A stretch of 64,000 nucleotides of DNA from Eledone cirrhosa. Lineage: Eukaryota. The notes beneath the pieces were generated by a model, which saw only the letters and a list, made by a program, of their open reading frames with translations, had not been told where the DNA came from and ran no database searches. Where the stretch lies: assembly GCA_964016885.1 (NCBI GenBank), contig OZ024752.1, forward strand, positions 6,696,001 through 6,760,000. The letters run 5' to 3'. Positions within the stretch are counted from its first letter, which is position 1; every line of letters starts with the position of its first letter. Below are positions 38,040-52,623 of this stretch, piece after piece. The position numbers and the translations under genes are program-made.

Positions 38040-41000
38040 CAGATGATAGAATGCAAGGGTTGGCCTTGTAGAGAGAGAGAGGATCAGAATGCAAGGGTTG
38101 GCCTTGTAGGGTCAGATGATAGAATGCAAGGGTTAGCCTTGTAGAGAGAGAGAGGATCAGAATGCAAGGGTTGGCCTTGTAGGGTCAGATGATAGAATGC
38201 AAGGGTTAGCCTTGTAGAGAGAGAGAGGATCAGAATGCAAGGGTTGGCCTTGTAGGGTCAGATGATAGAATGCAAGGGTTAGCCTTGTAGAGAGAGAGGA
38301 TCAGAATGCAAGGGTTAGCCTTGTAGGGTCAGATGATAGAATGCAAGGGTTAGCCTTGTAGAGAGAGAGGATCAGAATGCAAGGGTTAGCCTTGTAGGGA
38401 GAGAGGATCAGAATGCAAGGGTTAGCCTTGTAGGGTCAGATGATAGAATGCAAGGGTTAGCCTTGTAGAGAGAGAGGATCAGAATGCAAGGGTTAGCCTT
38501 GTAGAGAGAGAGAGGATCAGAATGCAAGGGTTAGCCTTGTAGGGAGAGAGGATCAGAATGCAAGGGTTAGCCTTGTAGGGAGAGAGAGGATCAGAATGCA
38601 AGGGTTAGCCTTGTAGGGAGAGAGAGGATCAGAATGCAAGGGTTAGCCTTGTAGGGTCAGATGATAGAATGCAAGGGTTAGCCTTATAGGGAGAGAGGAT
38701 CAGAATGCAAGGGTTAGCCTTGTAGGGTCAGATGATAGAATGCAAGGGTTAGCCTTATAGGGAGAGAGGATCAGAATGCAAGGGTTAGCCTTGTAGGGAG
38801 AGAGAGGATCAGAATGCAAGGGTTAGCCTTGTAGGGAGAGAGAGGATCAGAATGCAAGGGTTAGCCTTGTAGGGAGAGAGAGGATCAGAATGCAAGGGTT
38901 AGCCTTGTAGGGAGAGAGGATCAGAATGCAAGGGTTAGCCTTGTAGGGAGAGAGGATCAGAATGCAAGGGTTAGCCTTATAGGGAGAGAGGATCAGAATG
39001 CAAGGGTTAGCCTTATAGGGTCAGATGATAGAATGCAAGGGTTAGCCTTGTAGAGAGAGAGGATCAGAATGCAAGGGTTAGCCTTGTAGGGAGAGAGAGG
39101 ATCAGAATGCAAGGGTTAGCCTTATAGGGTCAGATGATAGAATGCAAGGGTTAGCCTTGTAGAGAGAGAGGATCAGAATGCAAGGGTTAGCCTTGTAGGG
39201 AGAGAGGATCAGAATGCAAGGGTTAGCCTTGTAGGGAGAGAGGATCAGAATGCAAGGGTTAGCCTTGTAGAGAGAGAGAGGATCAGAATGCAAGGGTTAG
39301 CCTTGTAGAGAGAGAGAGGATCAGAATGCAAGGGTTAGCCTTATAGGGAGAGAGGATCAGAATGCAAGGGTTAGCCTTATAGGGAGAGAGGATCAGAATG
39401 CAAGGGTTAGCCTTGTAGGGAGAGAGGATCAGAATGCAAGGGTTAGCCTTGTAGGGAGAGAGGATCAGAATGCAAGGGTTAGCCTTGTAGGGAGAGAGGA
39501 TCAGAATGCAAGGGTTAGCCTTGTAGGGAGAGAGGATCAGAATGCAAGGGTTAGCCTTATAGGGAGAGAGGATCAGAATGCAAGGGTTAGCCTTATAGGG
39601 AGAGAGGATCAGAATGCAAGGGTTAGCCTTGTAGAGAGAGAGGATCAGAATGCAAGGGTTAGCCTTGTAGGGAGAGAGGATCAGAATGCAAGGGTTAGCC
39701 TTATAGGGAGAGAGGATCAGAATGCAAGGGTTAGCCTTATAGGGAGAGAGGATCAGAATGCAAGGGTTAGCCTTGTAGGGAGAGAGGATCAGAATGCAAG
39801 GGTTAGCCTTATAGGGAGAGAGGATCAGAATGCAAGGGTTAGCCTTATAGGGAGAGAGGATCAGAATGCAAGGGTTAGCCTTGTAGGGAGAGAGGATCAG
39901 AATGCAAGGGTTAGCCTTATAGGGAGAGAGGATCAGAATGCAAGGGTTAGCCTTATAGGGAGAGAGGATCAGAATGCAAGGGTTAGCCTTGTAGGGAGAG
40001 AGGATCAGAATGCAAGGGTTAGCCTTATAGGGAGAGAGGATCAGAATGCAAGGGTTAGCCTTGTAGGGAGAGAGGATCAGAATGCAAGAGTTAGCCTTAT
40101 AGGGAGAGAGGATCAGAATGCAAGGGTTAGCCTTATAGGGTCAGATGATAGAATGCAAGGGTTAGCCTTGTAGAGAGAGAGGATCAGAATGCAAGGGTTA
40201 GCCTTATAGGGAGAGAGGATCAGAATGCAAGGGTTAGCCTTGTAGGGAGAGAGGATCAGAATGCAAGGGTTAGCCTTGTAGGGAGAGAGGATCAGAATGC
40301 AAGGGTTAGCCTTGTAGGGAGAGAGGATCAGAATGCAAGGGTTAGCCTTATAGGGAGAGAGGATCAGAATGCAAGGGTTAGCCTTATAGGGAGAGAGGAT
40401 CAGAATGCAAGGGTTAGCCTTGTAGGGAGAGAGGATCAGAATGCAAGGGTTAGCCTTGTAGGGAGAGAGGATCAGAATGCAAGGGTTAGCCTTGTAGGGA
40501 GAGAGGATCAGAATGCAAGGGTTAGCCTTGTAGAGAGAGAGGATCAGAATGCAAGGGTTAGCCTTGTAGAGAGAGAGGATCAGAATGCAAGGGTTAGCCT
40601 TGTAGGGAGAGAGGATCAGAATGCAAGGGTTAGCCTTGTAGGGAGAGAGGATCAGAATGCAAGGGTTAGCCTTATAGGGAGAGAGGATCAGAATGCAAGG
40701 GTTAGCCTTATAGGGTCAGATGATAGAATGCAAGGGTTAGCCTTGTAGAGAGAGAGGATCAGAATGCAAGGGTTAGCCTTATAGGGAGAGAGGATCAGAA
40801 TGCAAGGGTTAGCCTTGTAGGGAGAGAGGATCAGAATGCAAGGGTTAGCCTTGTAGGGAGAGAGGATCAGAATGCAAGGGTTAGCCTTATAGGGAGAGAG
40901 GATCAGAATGCAAGGGTTAGCCTTATAGGGTCAGATGATAGAATGCAAGGGTTAGCCTTGTAGAGAGAGAGGATCAGAATGCAAGGGTTAGCCTTGTAGG

Positions 41001-44000
41001 GAGAGAGGATCAGAATGCAAGGGTTAGCCTTATAGGGAGAGAGGATCAGAATGCAAGGGTTAGCCTTGTAGGGAGAGAGGATCAGAATGCAAGGGTTAGC
41101 CTTGTAGGGAGAGAGGATCAGAATGCAAGGGTTAGCCTTGTAGGGAGAGAGGATCAGAATGCAAGGGTTAGCCTTGTAGGGAGAGAGGATCAGAATGCAA
41201 GGGTTAGCCTTGTAGAGAGAGAGGATCAGAATGCAAGGGTTAGCCTTGTAGGGAGAGAGGATCAGAATGCAAGGGTTAGCCTTATAGGGAGAGAGGATCA
41301 GAATGCAAGGGTTAGCCTTGTAGGGAGAGAGGATCAGAATGCAAGGGTTAGCCTTGTAGGGAGAGAGGATCAGAATGCAAGGGTTAGCCTTGTAGGGAGA
41401 GAGGATCAGAATGCAAGGGTTAGCCTTGTAGAGAGAGAGGATCAGAATGCAAGGGTTAGCCTTATAGGGAGAGAGGATCAGAATGCAAGGGTTAGCCTTA
41501 TAGGGAGAGAGGATCAGAATGCAAGGGTTAGCCTTGTAGGGAGAGAGGATCAGAATGCAAGGGTTAGCCTTGTAGGGAGAGAGGATCAGAATGCAAGGGT
41601 TAGCCTTATAGGGAGAGAGGATCAGAATGCAAGGGTTAGCCTTATAGGGTCAGATGATAGAATGCAAGGGTTAGCCTTGTAGGGAGAGAGGATCAGAATG
41701 CAAGGGTTAGCCTTGTAGAGAGAGAGGATCAGAATGCAAGGGTTAGCCTTGTAGGGAGAGAGGATCAGAATGCAAGGGTTAGCCTTGTAGGGAGAGAGGA
41801 TCAGAATGCAAGGGTTAGCCTTGTAGGGAGAGAGGATCAGAATGCAAGGGTTAGCCTTGTAGAGAGAGAGGATCAGAATGCAATGGTTAGCCTTGTAGGG
41901 AGAGAGGATCAGAATGCAAGGGTTAGCCTTGTAGAGAGAGAGGATCAGAATGCAAGGGTTAGCCTTGTAGGGAGAGAGGATCAGAATGCAAGGGTTAGCC
42001 TTGTAGAGAGAGAGGATCAGAATGCAAGGGTTAGCCTTGTAGGGAGAGAGGATCAGAATGCAAGGGTTAGCCTTGTAGGGAGAGAGGATCAGAATGCAAG
42101 GGTTAGCCTTGTAGAGAGAGAGGATCAGAATGCAAGGGTTAGCCTTGTAGGGAGAGAGGATCAGAATGCAAGGGTTAGCCTTGTAGGGAGAGAGGATCAG
42201 AATGCAAGGGTTAGCCTTGTAGAGAGAGAGGATCAGAATGCAAGGGTTAGCCTTGTAGGGAGAGAGGATCAGAATGCAAGGGTTAGCCTTGTAGAGAGAG
42301 AGGATCAGAATGCAAGGGTTAGCCTTGTAGGGAGAGAGGATCAGAATGCAAGGGTTAGCCTTGTAGGGAGAGAGGATCAGAATGCAAGGGTTAGCCTTGT
42401 AGGGAGAGAGGATCAGAATGCAAGGGTTAGCCTTGTAGAGAGAGAGGATCAGAATGCAAGGGTTAGCCTTGTAGGGAGAGAGGATCAGAATGCAAGGGTT
42501 AGCCTTGTAGAGAGAGAGGATCAGAATGCAAGGGTTAGCCTTGTAGGGAGAGAGGATCAGAATGCAAGGGTTAGCCTTGTAGAGAGAGAGGATCAGAATG
42601 CAAGGGTTAGCCTTGTAGGGAGAGAGGATCAGAATGCAAGGGTTAGCCTTATAGGGAGAGAGGATCAGAATGCAAGGGTTAGCCTTATAGGGTCAGATGA
42701 TAGAATGCAAGGGTTAGCCTTGTAGAGAGAGAGGATCAGAATGCAAGGGTTAGCCTTGTAGAGAGAGAGGATCAGAATGCAAGGGTTAGCCTTGTAGGGA
42801 GAGAGGATCAGAATGCAAGGGTTAGCCTTGTAGAGAGAGAGGATCAGAATGCAAGGGTTAGCCTTGTAGGGAGAGAGGATCAGAATGCAAGGGTTAGCCT
42901 TATAGGGAGAGAGGATCAGAATGCAAGGGTTAGCCTTATAGGGAGAGAGGATCAGAATGCAAGGGTTAGCCTTGTAGGGAGAGAGGATCAGAATGCAAGG
43001 GTTAGCCTTGTAGGGAGAGAGGATCAGAATGCAAGGGTTAGCCTTGTAGGGAGAGAGGATCAGAATGCAAGGGTTAGCCTTGTAGGGAGAGAGGATCAGA
43101 ATGCAAGGGTTAGCCTTATAGGGAGAGAGGATCAGAATGCAAGGGTTAGCCTTATAGGGTCAGATGATAGAATGCAAGGGTTAGCCTTGTAGAGAGAGAG
43201 GATCAGAATGCAAGGGTTAGCCTTGTAGAGAGAGAGGATCAGAATGCAAGGGTTAGCCTTGTAGGGAGAGAGGATCAGAATGCAAGGGTTAGCCTTGTAG
43301 AGAGAGAGGATCAGAATGCAAGGGTTAGCCTTGTAGGGAGAGAGGATCAGAATGCAAGGGTTAGCCTTGTAGGGAGAGAGGATCAGAATGCAAGGGTTAG
43401 CCTTATAGGGAGAGAGGATCAGAATGCAAGGGTTAGCCTTATAGGGAGAGAGGATCAGAATGCAAGGGTTAGCCTTGTAGGGAGAGAGGATCAGAATGCA
43501 AGGGTTAGCCTTGTAGGGAGAGAGGATCAGAATGCAAGGGTTAGCCTTGTAGGGAGAGAGGATCAGAATGCAAGGGTTAGCCTTATAGGGAGAGAGGATC
43601 AGAATGCAAGGGTTAGCCTTGTAGAGAGAGAGGATCAGAATGCAAGGGTTAGCCTTGTAGAGAGAGAGGATCAGAATGCAAGGGTTAGCCTTGTAGGGAG
43701 AGAGGATCAGAATGCAAGGGTTAGCCTTATAGGGAGAGAGGATCAGAATGCAAGGGTTAGCCTTATAGGGAGAGAGGATCAGAATGCAAGGGTTAGCCTT
43801 GTAGGGAGAGAGGATCAGAATGCAAGGGTTAGCCTTGTAGGGAGAGAGGATCAGAATGCAAGGGTTAGCCTTATAGGGAGAGAGGATCAGAATGCAAGGG
43901 TTAGCCTTATAGGGAGAGAGGATCAGAATGCAAGGGTTAGCCTTGTAGGGAGAGAGGATCAGAATGCAAGGGTTAGCCTTATAGGGAGAGAGGATCAGAA

Positions 44001-47000
44001 TGCAAGGGTTAGCCTTGTAGGGAGAGAGGATCAGAATGCAAGGGTTAGCCTTATAGGGAGAGAGGATCAGAATGCAAGGGTTAGCCTTGTAGGGAGAGAG
44101 GATCAGAATGCAAGGGTTAGCCTTGTAGGGAGAGAGGATCAGAATGCAAGGGTTAGCCTTGTAGGGAGAGAGGATCAGAATGCAAGGGTTAGCCTTATAG
44201 GGAGAGAGGATCAGAATGCAAGGGTTAGCCTTGTAGAGAGAGAGGATCAGAATGCAAGGGTTAGCCTTATAGGGAGAGAGGATCAGAATGCAAGGGTTAG
44301 CCTTGTAGGGAGAGAGGATCAGAATGCAAGGGTTAGCCTTGTAGGGAGAGAGGATCAGAATGCAAGGGTTAGCCTTGTAGGGAGAGAGGATCAGAATGCA
44401 AGGGTTAGCCTTGTAGGGAGAGAGGATCAGAATGCAAGGGTTAGCCTTATAGGGAGAGAGGATCAGAATGCAAGGGTTAGCCTTGTAGAGAGAGAGGATC
44501 AGAATGCAAGGGTTAGCCTTGTAGAGAGAGAGGATCAGAATGCAAGGGTTAGCCTTGTAGGGAGAGAGGATCAGAATGCAAGGGTTAGCCTTATAGGGAG
44601 AGAGGATCAGAATGCAAGGGTTAGCCTTATAGGGAGAGAGGATCAGAATGCAAGGGTTAGCCTTGTAGGGAGAGAGGATCAGAATGCAAGGGTTAGCCTT
44701 GTAGGGAGAGAGGATCAGAATGCAAGGGTTAGCCTTATAGGGAGAGAGGATCAGAATGCAAGGGTTAGCCTTATAGGGAGAGAGGATCAGAATGCAAGGG
44801 TTAGCCTTGTAGGGAGAGAGGATCAGAATGCAAGGGTTAGCCTTATAGGGAGAGAGGATCAGAATGCAAGGGTTAGCCTTGTAGAGAGAGAGGATCAGAA
44901 TGCAAGGGTTAGCCTTGTAGGGAGAGAGGATCAGAATGCAAGGGTTAGCCTTATAGGGAGAGAGGATCAGAATGCAAGGGTTAGCCTTATAGGGAGAGAG
45001 GATCAGAATGCAAGGGTTAGCCTTGTAGGGAGAGAGGATCAGAATGCAAGGGTTAGCCTTGTAGGGAGAGAGAGGATCAGAATGCAAGGGTTAGCCTTAT
45101 AGGGAGAGAGGATCAGAATGCAAGGGTTAGCCTTGTAGGGAGAGAGGATCAGAATGCAAGGGTTAGCCTTGTAGGGAGAGAGGATCAGAATGCAAGGGTT
45201 AGCCTTATAGGGAGAGAGGATCAGAATGCAAGGGTTAGCCTTATAGGGTCAGATGATAGAATGCAAGGGTTAGCCTTGTAGAGAGAGAGGATCAGAATGC
45301 AAGGGTTAGCCTTATAGGGAGAGAGGATCAGAATGCAAGGGTTAGCCTTGTAGGGAGAGAGGATCAGAATGCAAGGGTTAGCCTTGTAGGGAGAGAGGAT
45401 CAGAATGCAAGGGTTAGCCTTATAGGGAGAGAGGATCAGAATGCAAGGGTTAGCCTTGTAGAGAGAGAGGATCAGAATGCAAGGGTTAGCCTTGTAGGGA
45501 GAGAGGATCAGAATGCAAGGGTTAGCCTTGTAGGGAGAGAGGATCAGAATGCAAGGGTTAGCCTTGTAGGGAGAGAGGATCAGAATGCAAGGGTTAGCCT
45601 TGTAGAGAGAGAGGATCAGAATGCAAGGGTTAGCCTTGTAGGGAGAGAGGATCAGAATGCAAGGGTTAGCCTTGTAGGGAGAGAGGATCAGAATGCAAGG
45701 GTTAGCCTTGTAGAGAGAGAGGATCAGAATGCAAGGGTTAGCCTTGTAGGGAGAGAGGATCAGAATGCAAGGGTTAGCCTTGTAGGGAGAGAGGATCAGA
45801 ATGCAAGGGTTAGCCTTGTAGAGAGAGAGGATCAGAATGCAAGGGTTAGCCTTGTAGGGAGAGAGGATCAGAATGCAAGGGTTAGCCTTGTAGGGAGAGA
45901 GGATCAGAATGCAAGGGTTAGCCTTGTAGGGAGAGAGGATCAGAATGCAAGGGTTAGCCTTGTAGGGAGAGAGGATCAGAATGCAAGGGTTAGCCTTGTA
46001 GGGAGAGAGGATCAGAATGCAAGGGTTAGCCTTATAGGGTCAGATGATAGAATGCAAGGGTTAGCCTTGTAGGGAGAGAGGATCAGAATGCAAGGGTTAG
46101 CCTTATAGGGTCAGATGATAGAATGCAAGGGTTAGCCTTGTAGGGAGAGAGGATCAGAATACAAGGGTTAGCCTTGTAGGGAGAGAGGATCAGAATGCAA
46201 GGGTTAGCCTTGTAGGGAGAGAGGATCAGAATGCAAGGGTTAGCCTTGTAGGGAGAGAGGATCAGAATGCAAGGGTTAGCCTTGTAGGGAGAGAGGATCA
46301 GAATGCAAGGGTTAGCCTTGTAGGGAGAGAGGATCAGAATGCAAGGGTTAGCCTTGTAGAGAGAGAGGATCAGAATGCAAGGGTTAGCCTTGTAGGGAGA
46401 GAGGATCAGAATGCAAGGGTTAGCCTTGTAGGGAGAGAGGATCAGAATGCAAGGGTTAGCCTTGTAGGGAGAGAGGATCAGAATGCAAGGGTTAGCCTTG
46501 TAGGGAGAGAGGATCAGAATGCAAGGGTTAGCCTTGTAGGGAGAGAGGATCAGAATGCAAGGGTTAGCCTTGTAGGGAGAGAGGATCAGAATGCAAGGGT
46601 TAGCCTTGTAGAGAGAGAGGATCAGAATGCAAGGGTTAGCCTTGTAGGGAGAGAGGATCAGAATGCAAGGGTTAGCCTTGTAGAGAGAGAGGATCAGAAT
46701 GCAAGGGTTAGCCTTGTAGGGAGAGAGGATCAGAATGCAAGGGTTAGCCTTGTAGGGAGAGAGGATCAGAATGCAAGGGTTAGCCTTGTAGGGAGAGAGG
46801 ATCAGAATGCAAGGGTTAGCCTTGTAGGGAGAGAGGATCAGAATGCAAGGGTTAGCCTTGTAGGGAGAGAGGATCAGAATGCAAGGGTTAGCCTTGTAGG
46901 GAGAGAGGATCAGAATGCAAGGGTTAGCCTTGTAGAGAGAGAGGATCAGAATGCAAGGGTTAGCCTTGTAGGGAGAGAGGATGAGAATGCAAGGGTTAGC

Positions 47001-49754
47001 CTTGTAGAGAGAGAGGATCAGAATGCAAGGGTTAGCCTTGTAGAGAGAGAGGATCAGAATGCAAGGGTTAGCCTTGTAGGGAGAGAGGATCAGAATGCAA
47101 GGGTTAGCCTTGTAGGGAGAGAGGATCAGAATGCAAGGGTTAGCCTTGTAGAGAGAGAGGATCAGAATGCAAGGGTTAGCCTTGTAGGGAGAGAGGATCA
47201 GAATGCAAGGGTTAGCCTTGTAGGGAGAGAGGATCAGAATGCAAGGGTTAGCCTTATAGGGAGAGAGGATCAGAATGCAAGGGTTAGCCTTGTAGAGAGA
47301 GAGGATCAGAATGCAAGGGTTAGCCTTGTAGGGAGAGAGGATCAGAATGCAAGGGTTAGCCTTATAGGGAGAGAGGATCAGAATGCAAGGGTTAGCCTTG
47401 TAGAGAGAGAGGATCAGAATGCAAGGGTTAGCCTTGTAGAGAGAGAGGATCAGAATGCAAGGGTTAGCCTTGTAGGGAGAGAGGATCAGAATGCAAGGGT
47501 TAGCCTTATAGGGAGAGAGGATCAGAATGCAAGGGTTAGCCTTATAGGGAGAGAGGATCAGAATGCAAGGGTTAGCCTTGTAGAGAGAGAGGATCAGAAT
47601 GCAAGGGTTAGCCTTGTAGGGAGAGAGGATCAGAATGCAAGGGTTAGCCTTATAGGGAGAGAGGATCAGAATGCAAGGGTTAGCCTTATAGGGAGAGAGG
47701 ATCAGAATGCAAGGGTTAGCCTTGTAGGGAGAGAGGATCAGAATGCAAGGGTTAGCCTTGTAGGGAGAGAGGATCAGAATGCAAGGGTTAGCCTTGTAGG
47801 GAGAGAGGATCAGAATGCAAGGGTTAGCCTTATAGGGAGAGAGGATCAGAATGCAAGGGTTAGCCTTGTAGAGAGAGAGGATCAGAATGCAAGGGTTAGC
47901 CTTGTAGGGAGAGAGGATCAGAATGCAAGGGTTAGCCTTATAGGGAGAGAGGATCAGAATGCAAGGGTTAGCCTTGTAGAGAGAGAGGATCAGAATGCAA
48001 GGGTTAGCCTTGTAGAGAGAGAGGATCAGAATGCAAGGGTTAGCCTTGTAGGGAGAGAGGATCAGAATGCAAGGGTTAGCCTTATAGGGAGAGAGGATCA
48101 GAATGCAAGGGTTAGCCTTGTAGAGAGAGAGGATCAGAATGCAAGGGTTAGCCTTGTAGGGAGAGAGGATCAGAATGCAAGGGTTAGCCTTATAGGGAGA
48201 GAGGATCAGAATGCAAGGGTTAGCCTTATAGGGAGAGAGGATCAGAATGCAAGGGTTAGCCTTGTAGGGAGAGAGGATCAGAATGCAAGGGTTAGCCTTG
48301 TAGGGAGAGAGGATCAGAATGCAAGGGTTAGCCTTGTAGGGAGAGAGGATCAGAATGCAAGGGTTAGCCTTATAGGGAGAGAGGATCAGAATGCAAGGGT
48401 TAGCCTTGTAGAGAGAGAGGATCAGAATGCAAGGGTTAGCCTTGTAGGGAGAGAGGATCAGAATGCAAGGGTTAGCCTTATAGGGAGAGAGGATCAGAAT
48501 GCAAGGGTTAGCCTTGTAGAGAGAGAGGATCAGAATGCAAGGGTTAGCCTTGTAGAGAGAGAGGATCAGAATGCAAGGGTTAGCCTTGTAGGGAGAGAGG
48601 ATCAGAATGCAAGGGTTAGCCTTATAGGGAGAGAGGATCAGAATGCAAGGGTTAGCCTTGTAGAGAGAGAGGATCAGAATGCAAGGGTTAGCCTTGTAGG
48701 GAGAGAGGATCAGAATGCAAGGGTTAGCCTTGTAGGGAGAGAGGATCAGAATGCAAGGGTTAGCCTTATAGGGAGAGAGGATCAGAATGCAAGGGTTAGC
48801 CTTGTAGAGAGAGAGGATCAGAATGCAAGGGTTAGCCTTGTAGGGAGAGAGGATCAGAATGCAAGGGTTAGCCTTATAGGGAGAGAGGATCAGAATGCAA
48901 GGGTTAGCCTTGTAGAGAGAGAGGATCAGAATGCAAGGGTTAGCCTTGTAGAGAGAGAGGATCAGAATGCAAGGGTTAGCCTTGTAGGGAGAGAGGATCA
49001 GAATGCAAGGGTTAGCCTTATAGGGAGAGAGGATCAGAATGCAAGGGTTAGCCTTGTAGAGAGAGAGGATCAGAATGCAAGGGTTAGCCTTGTAGGGAGA
49101 GAGGATCAGAATGCAAGGGTTAGCCTTATAGGGAGAGAGGATCAGAATGCAAGGGTTAGCCTTGTAGAGAGAGAGGATCAGAATGCAAGGGTTAGCCTTG
49201 TAGAGAGAGAGGATCAGAATGCAAGGGTTAGCCTTGTAGGGAGAGAGGATCAGAATGCAAGGGTTAGCCTTATAGGGAGAGAGGATCAGAATGCAAGGGT
49301 TAGCCTTGTAGGGAGAGAGGATCAGAATGCAAGGGTTAGCCTTGTAGGGAGAGAGGATCAGAATGCAAGGGTTAGCCTTGTAGGGAGAGAGGATCAGAAT
49401 GCAAGGGTTAGCCTTGTAGGGAGAGAGGATCAGAATGCAAGGGTTAGCCTTGTAGGGAGAGAGGATCAGAATGCAAGGGTTAGCCTTATAGGGTCAGATG
49501 ATAGAATGCAAGGGTTAGCCTTGTAGGGAGAGAGGATCAGAATGCAAGGGTTAGCCTTATAGGGTCAGATGATAGAATGCAAGGGTTAGCCTTGTAGGGA
49601 GAGAGGATCAGAATACAAGGGTTAGCCTTGTAGGGAGAGAGGATCAGAATGCAAGGGTTAGCCTTGTAGGGAGAGAGGATCAGAATGCAAGGGTTAGCCT
49701 TGTAGGGAGAGAGGATCAGAATGCAAGGGTTAGCCTTATAGGGTCAGATGATAG
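38040..49754. repeat. 36-bp satellite (GAGAGAGGATCAGAATGCAAGGGTTAGCCTTRTAGR), about 325 copies, 11.7 kb
   Basis: Tandem periodicity; 35-bp (gtcagatgat) and 38-bp variants. Confidence 0.99.
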
Positions 49755-51157
49755 TCTTAATCACACTCATCATCTGTATTTTTAAGGTAGTATTTTACAA
49801 CTAACTGCCCTTCCTGATGTCAACCCTTCTGGTTGTCTCCTATCACAGGGACTAGGGGTCACAGACTGAAATTAAAGATATTATCAAACCTTATTTTAAA
49901 GAAAATAAACCACAATTAGTGCACCATTAAAAACATTTCCTTTAGAAATAAAGAAAATTGAGGTTTTTGTGGGTAACTATATTTGTTTTGATTTAGGGGT
50001 TATATAAACCTCAACCCTCTTAATACAGTCTGGGTACATTAATATGGGCACCCATGGATCTATAGAGTGGGAGGGGAGAGAGAGAGTGGGAGGGGAGAGA
50101 GAGAGTGTGTGGGAGAGATAGAGAGAGTGTGGGAGAGATAGAGAGAGTGTGGGAGAGATAGAGAGAGTGTGGGAGAGATAGAGAGAGTGTGGGAGAGATA
50201 GAGTGTGGGAGGAGGGAGTGAGTGTAGGAGGAGGGAGAGAGAGATGGGAGTGATACATGATATAATATGTCTGTTGCAGTCAGTAAAGGAAATCATCTGA
50301 TGATAGATTAAGAGACTATTGGGTTTCCAGTGCAGGCATGCGTGATATCAAAATATGTAAGAAAACTGAGGAGAAAATGAAGTTTGATAGCACAGATTGA
50401 TATCACTGATACAGAAACTATTACAGTCCATGATGGTAGAGGAAGAATATATCGTAAGTAAATTGGTTGATATGAGTAGAAATATAAATAATGAGCTAAT
50501 AGAAGGATGAAACTAAGAAACATATTTGATAATATCAAGAGACACTTCATGTCAGCACATGATTTGATGATTATCAATGGTGGATGAATTTAAAAACTTA
50601 GTAATATTAGAAGTGTGATAGAAAGTCAGACTAAATTCTTATACTACATTGAGGTGACAACTCCTTACTAATTCTAGAACTTGAAATATATCAACAGAAA
50701 CGTGACAGTGACCAGGTTCCAAACAGTGTGACAAAAATGTTGACACCAAGAGAATAAATGTTAAATGTAAAGTATATCTAACAGTTTTTTGTGTTTGTTT
50801 TAAATGGTTAAAAGGATATTTCCATGATGTAACTGCTCCAGTTTCAAAACCTGATCTCAAATCAAATCATTTATTTAAGTACAATTCTGAAATACAATCC
50901 ATCCAAGGATCTAAAAACTATGATGATGATGATGATAATAATAAATATATGTAAAATGAATTTAATAGTTTTTGTGTTTTTTCCTGAATAGTTAAAATGT
51001 TCACAATGGTCTATACACTAGTAAAGATGCTATACACATTTGAATACCTATGTTTTAAAGATATTTTCTGGTAAATCATTACAGGATCATCATCATCATC
51101 ATCGCTTAACGTCCATCTTCCACGCTTGCATGGGTTTGTACAGGATATTTAAGGTAA

Positions 51158-51392
51158 ACCCTTTAGTTACCAACCCAGCCAAAACCAGTTCTGGTTCTAT
51201 GAAATAAAGTCACTCATTTTAAAGATTTCCAATTTGAATTAAAATCTTCCAACATAATTTAATATAAGAACCTTACATTAAGTTATTATCTTAGTAACAA
51301 AATAAATAATAATTTGAGTAAATCCTTCAAAATTCTTCATTAATTAATTAAAATAGAGTGTATTTCATTAGAAATGTGGCCATGAAAAGGGT
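51158..51392. mobile_element. MITE P2
   Basis: aaCCCTTTagttacc...aaaaGGGttaa; similar to 31054-31295. Confidence 0.6.
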
Positions 51393-52149
51393 TAAGAATT
51401 CCAAAGGTATGGTAAATGTCACGATGGCACCCCTGAGACTCCATCAGTAGTTGTGGGCCAAGGAAGAAGTTTTAAATCTTATCCAAAAATATCACATCAT
51501 TATGAGGACTAGCCATATCAATATGATTCATTGTTTATGTATGTGTTGTGTGTATCAACTTTTAAATGAATTGGCTGTAAGGCTGATATAGGTTCTCCAC
51601 TATGTTGAGGTTATTGTTCAAATAGTCTTGTATAATTCTAAATATTCCACAGATGAAATATATAATCTAGGACTAAAATACTAGATACCAGATGTACTAA
51701 TTAAAATGTAATAAGTGTTAAACCTTCTTTTAAGTATTGAAACTGGAATTATTTACTTGGCAAGTCTAAATGAAAAATAGCTGCTGTTACTTAACACTTG
51801 AATATGTCTGTAACTTTATATTGCTAACATCCATGGAGAGAGAGCGTGTGTGTGTGTGAATGTGTATGTATGTGAATGTGTATGTGTGTGCGTGTTTTGG
51901 ACTCTAGTTGTCTGATAATAGAAAAGTCAGGTCATGAAATTAAGATGCAAGTATCTGAGCAGTCTGCAGACTCAGGGAGATTCAGTGTAACACAGTGTGT
52001 TATAAGGCTGGTCCTTTGAATCACATATCTGTCAAAACTTTTAAAGACATATTTCCAATATCAAATCAGCACTGACAAATGATACACAATAAAATACATT
52101 TTTATAGATGGATAATGGAATTGACTCTTTATTTAATTAATTGGGGTGA

Positions 52150-52175
52150 CCCTAACCCTAACCCTAGCCCTAACC
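52150..52175. repeat. Short interstitial (CCCTAA)n-like tract
   Basis: ccctaaccctaaccctagccctaacc. Confidence 0.7.
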
Positions 52176-52623
52176 AAGTGTGACCAAACTTATGAAGCAT
52201 CAGCACTTCAGAAACAAAATACTATCTTCTTATTTAACTAAATAATTGTTAATTTGGCAGTTTCTATCTTAGTAGGTCAACTGATAATCTATTTGACACC
52301 AAAGAGGAATAAAGGCTCTTGACCTGATTAAAATATCTGATAAATCAGAAAACAACATCTTCAAAATCTTTCCAGATTGTAAGTAAACAAAAAAACAGGG
52401 GACCAATCTTTTATTTTCCTAAATAGGCACAGACATAGTTGTATAGTCAGGGGATTCAACTATGTGGCTTAGGCAAGGGTCTTTACCGAGATCCTTGAGT
52501 TGACAAATGTTTTGTGAATGAAGTTTGGTAACCAGAAGCCCATAGTGTGTGTGTGTGTGTGTGCACGCGCGTGTATGTATATACATATATATTTAATTAT
52601 GTGATAAGCAACACTATATAATT

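Noticed and set aside
41883-45087. 280-aa and 651-aa ORFs
   Set aside because: By-products of a 36-bp stop-free unit, broken by 35- and 38-bp variants.
50370-50460. DGRGRIY motif (phage-type RNA polymerase-like) next to a gtaagt donor
   Set aside because: Only about 25 open codons, no acceptor and no other motifs.
52150-52175. Telomere or chromosome fusion site
   Set aside because: Only about four units in a single orientation.
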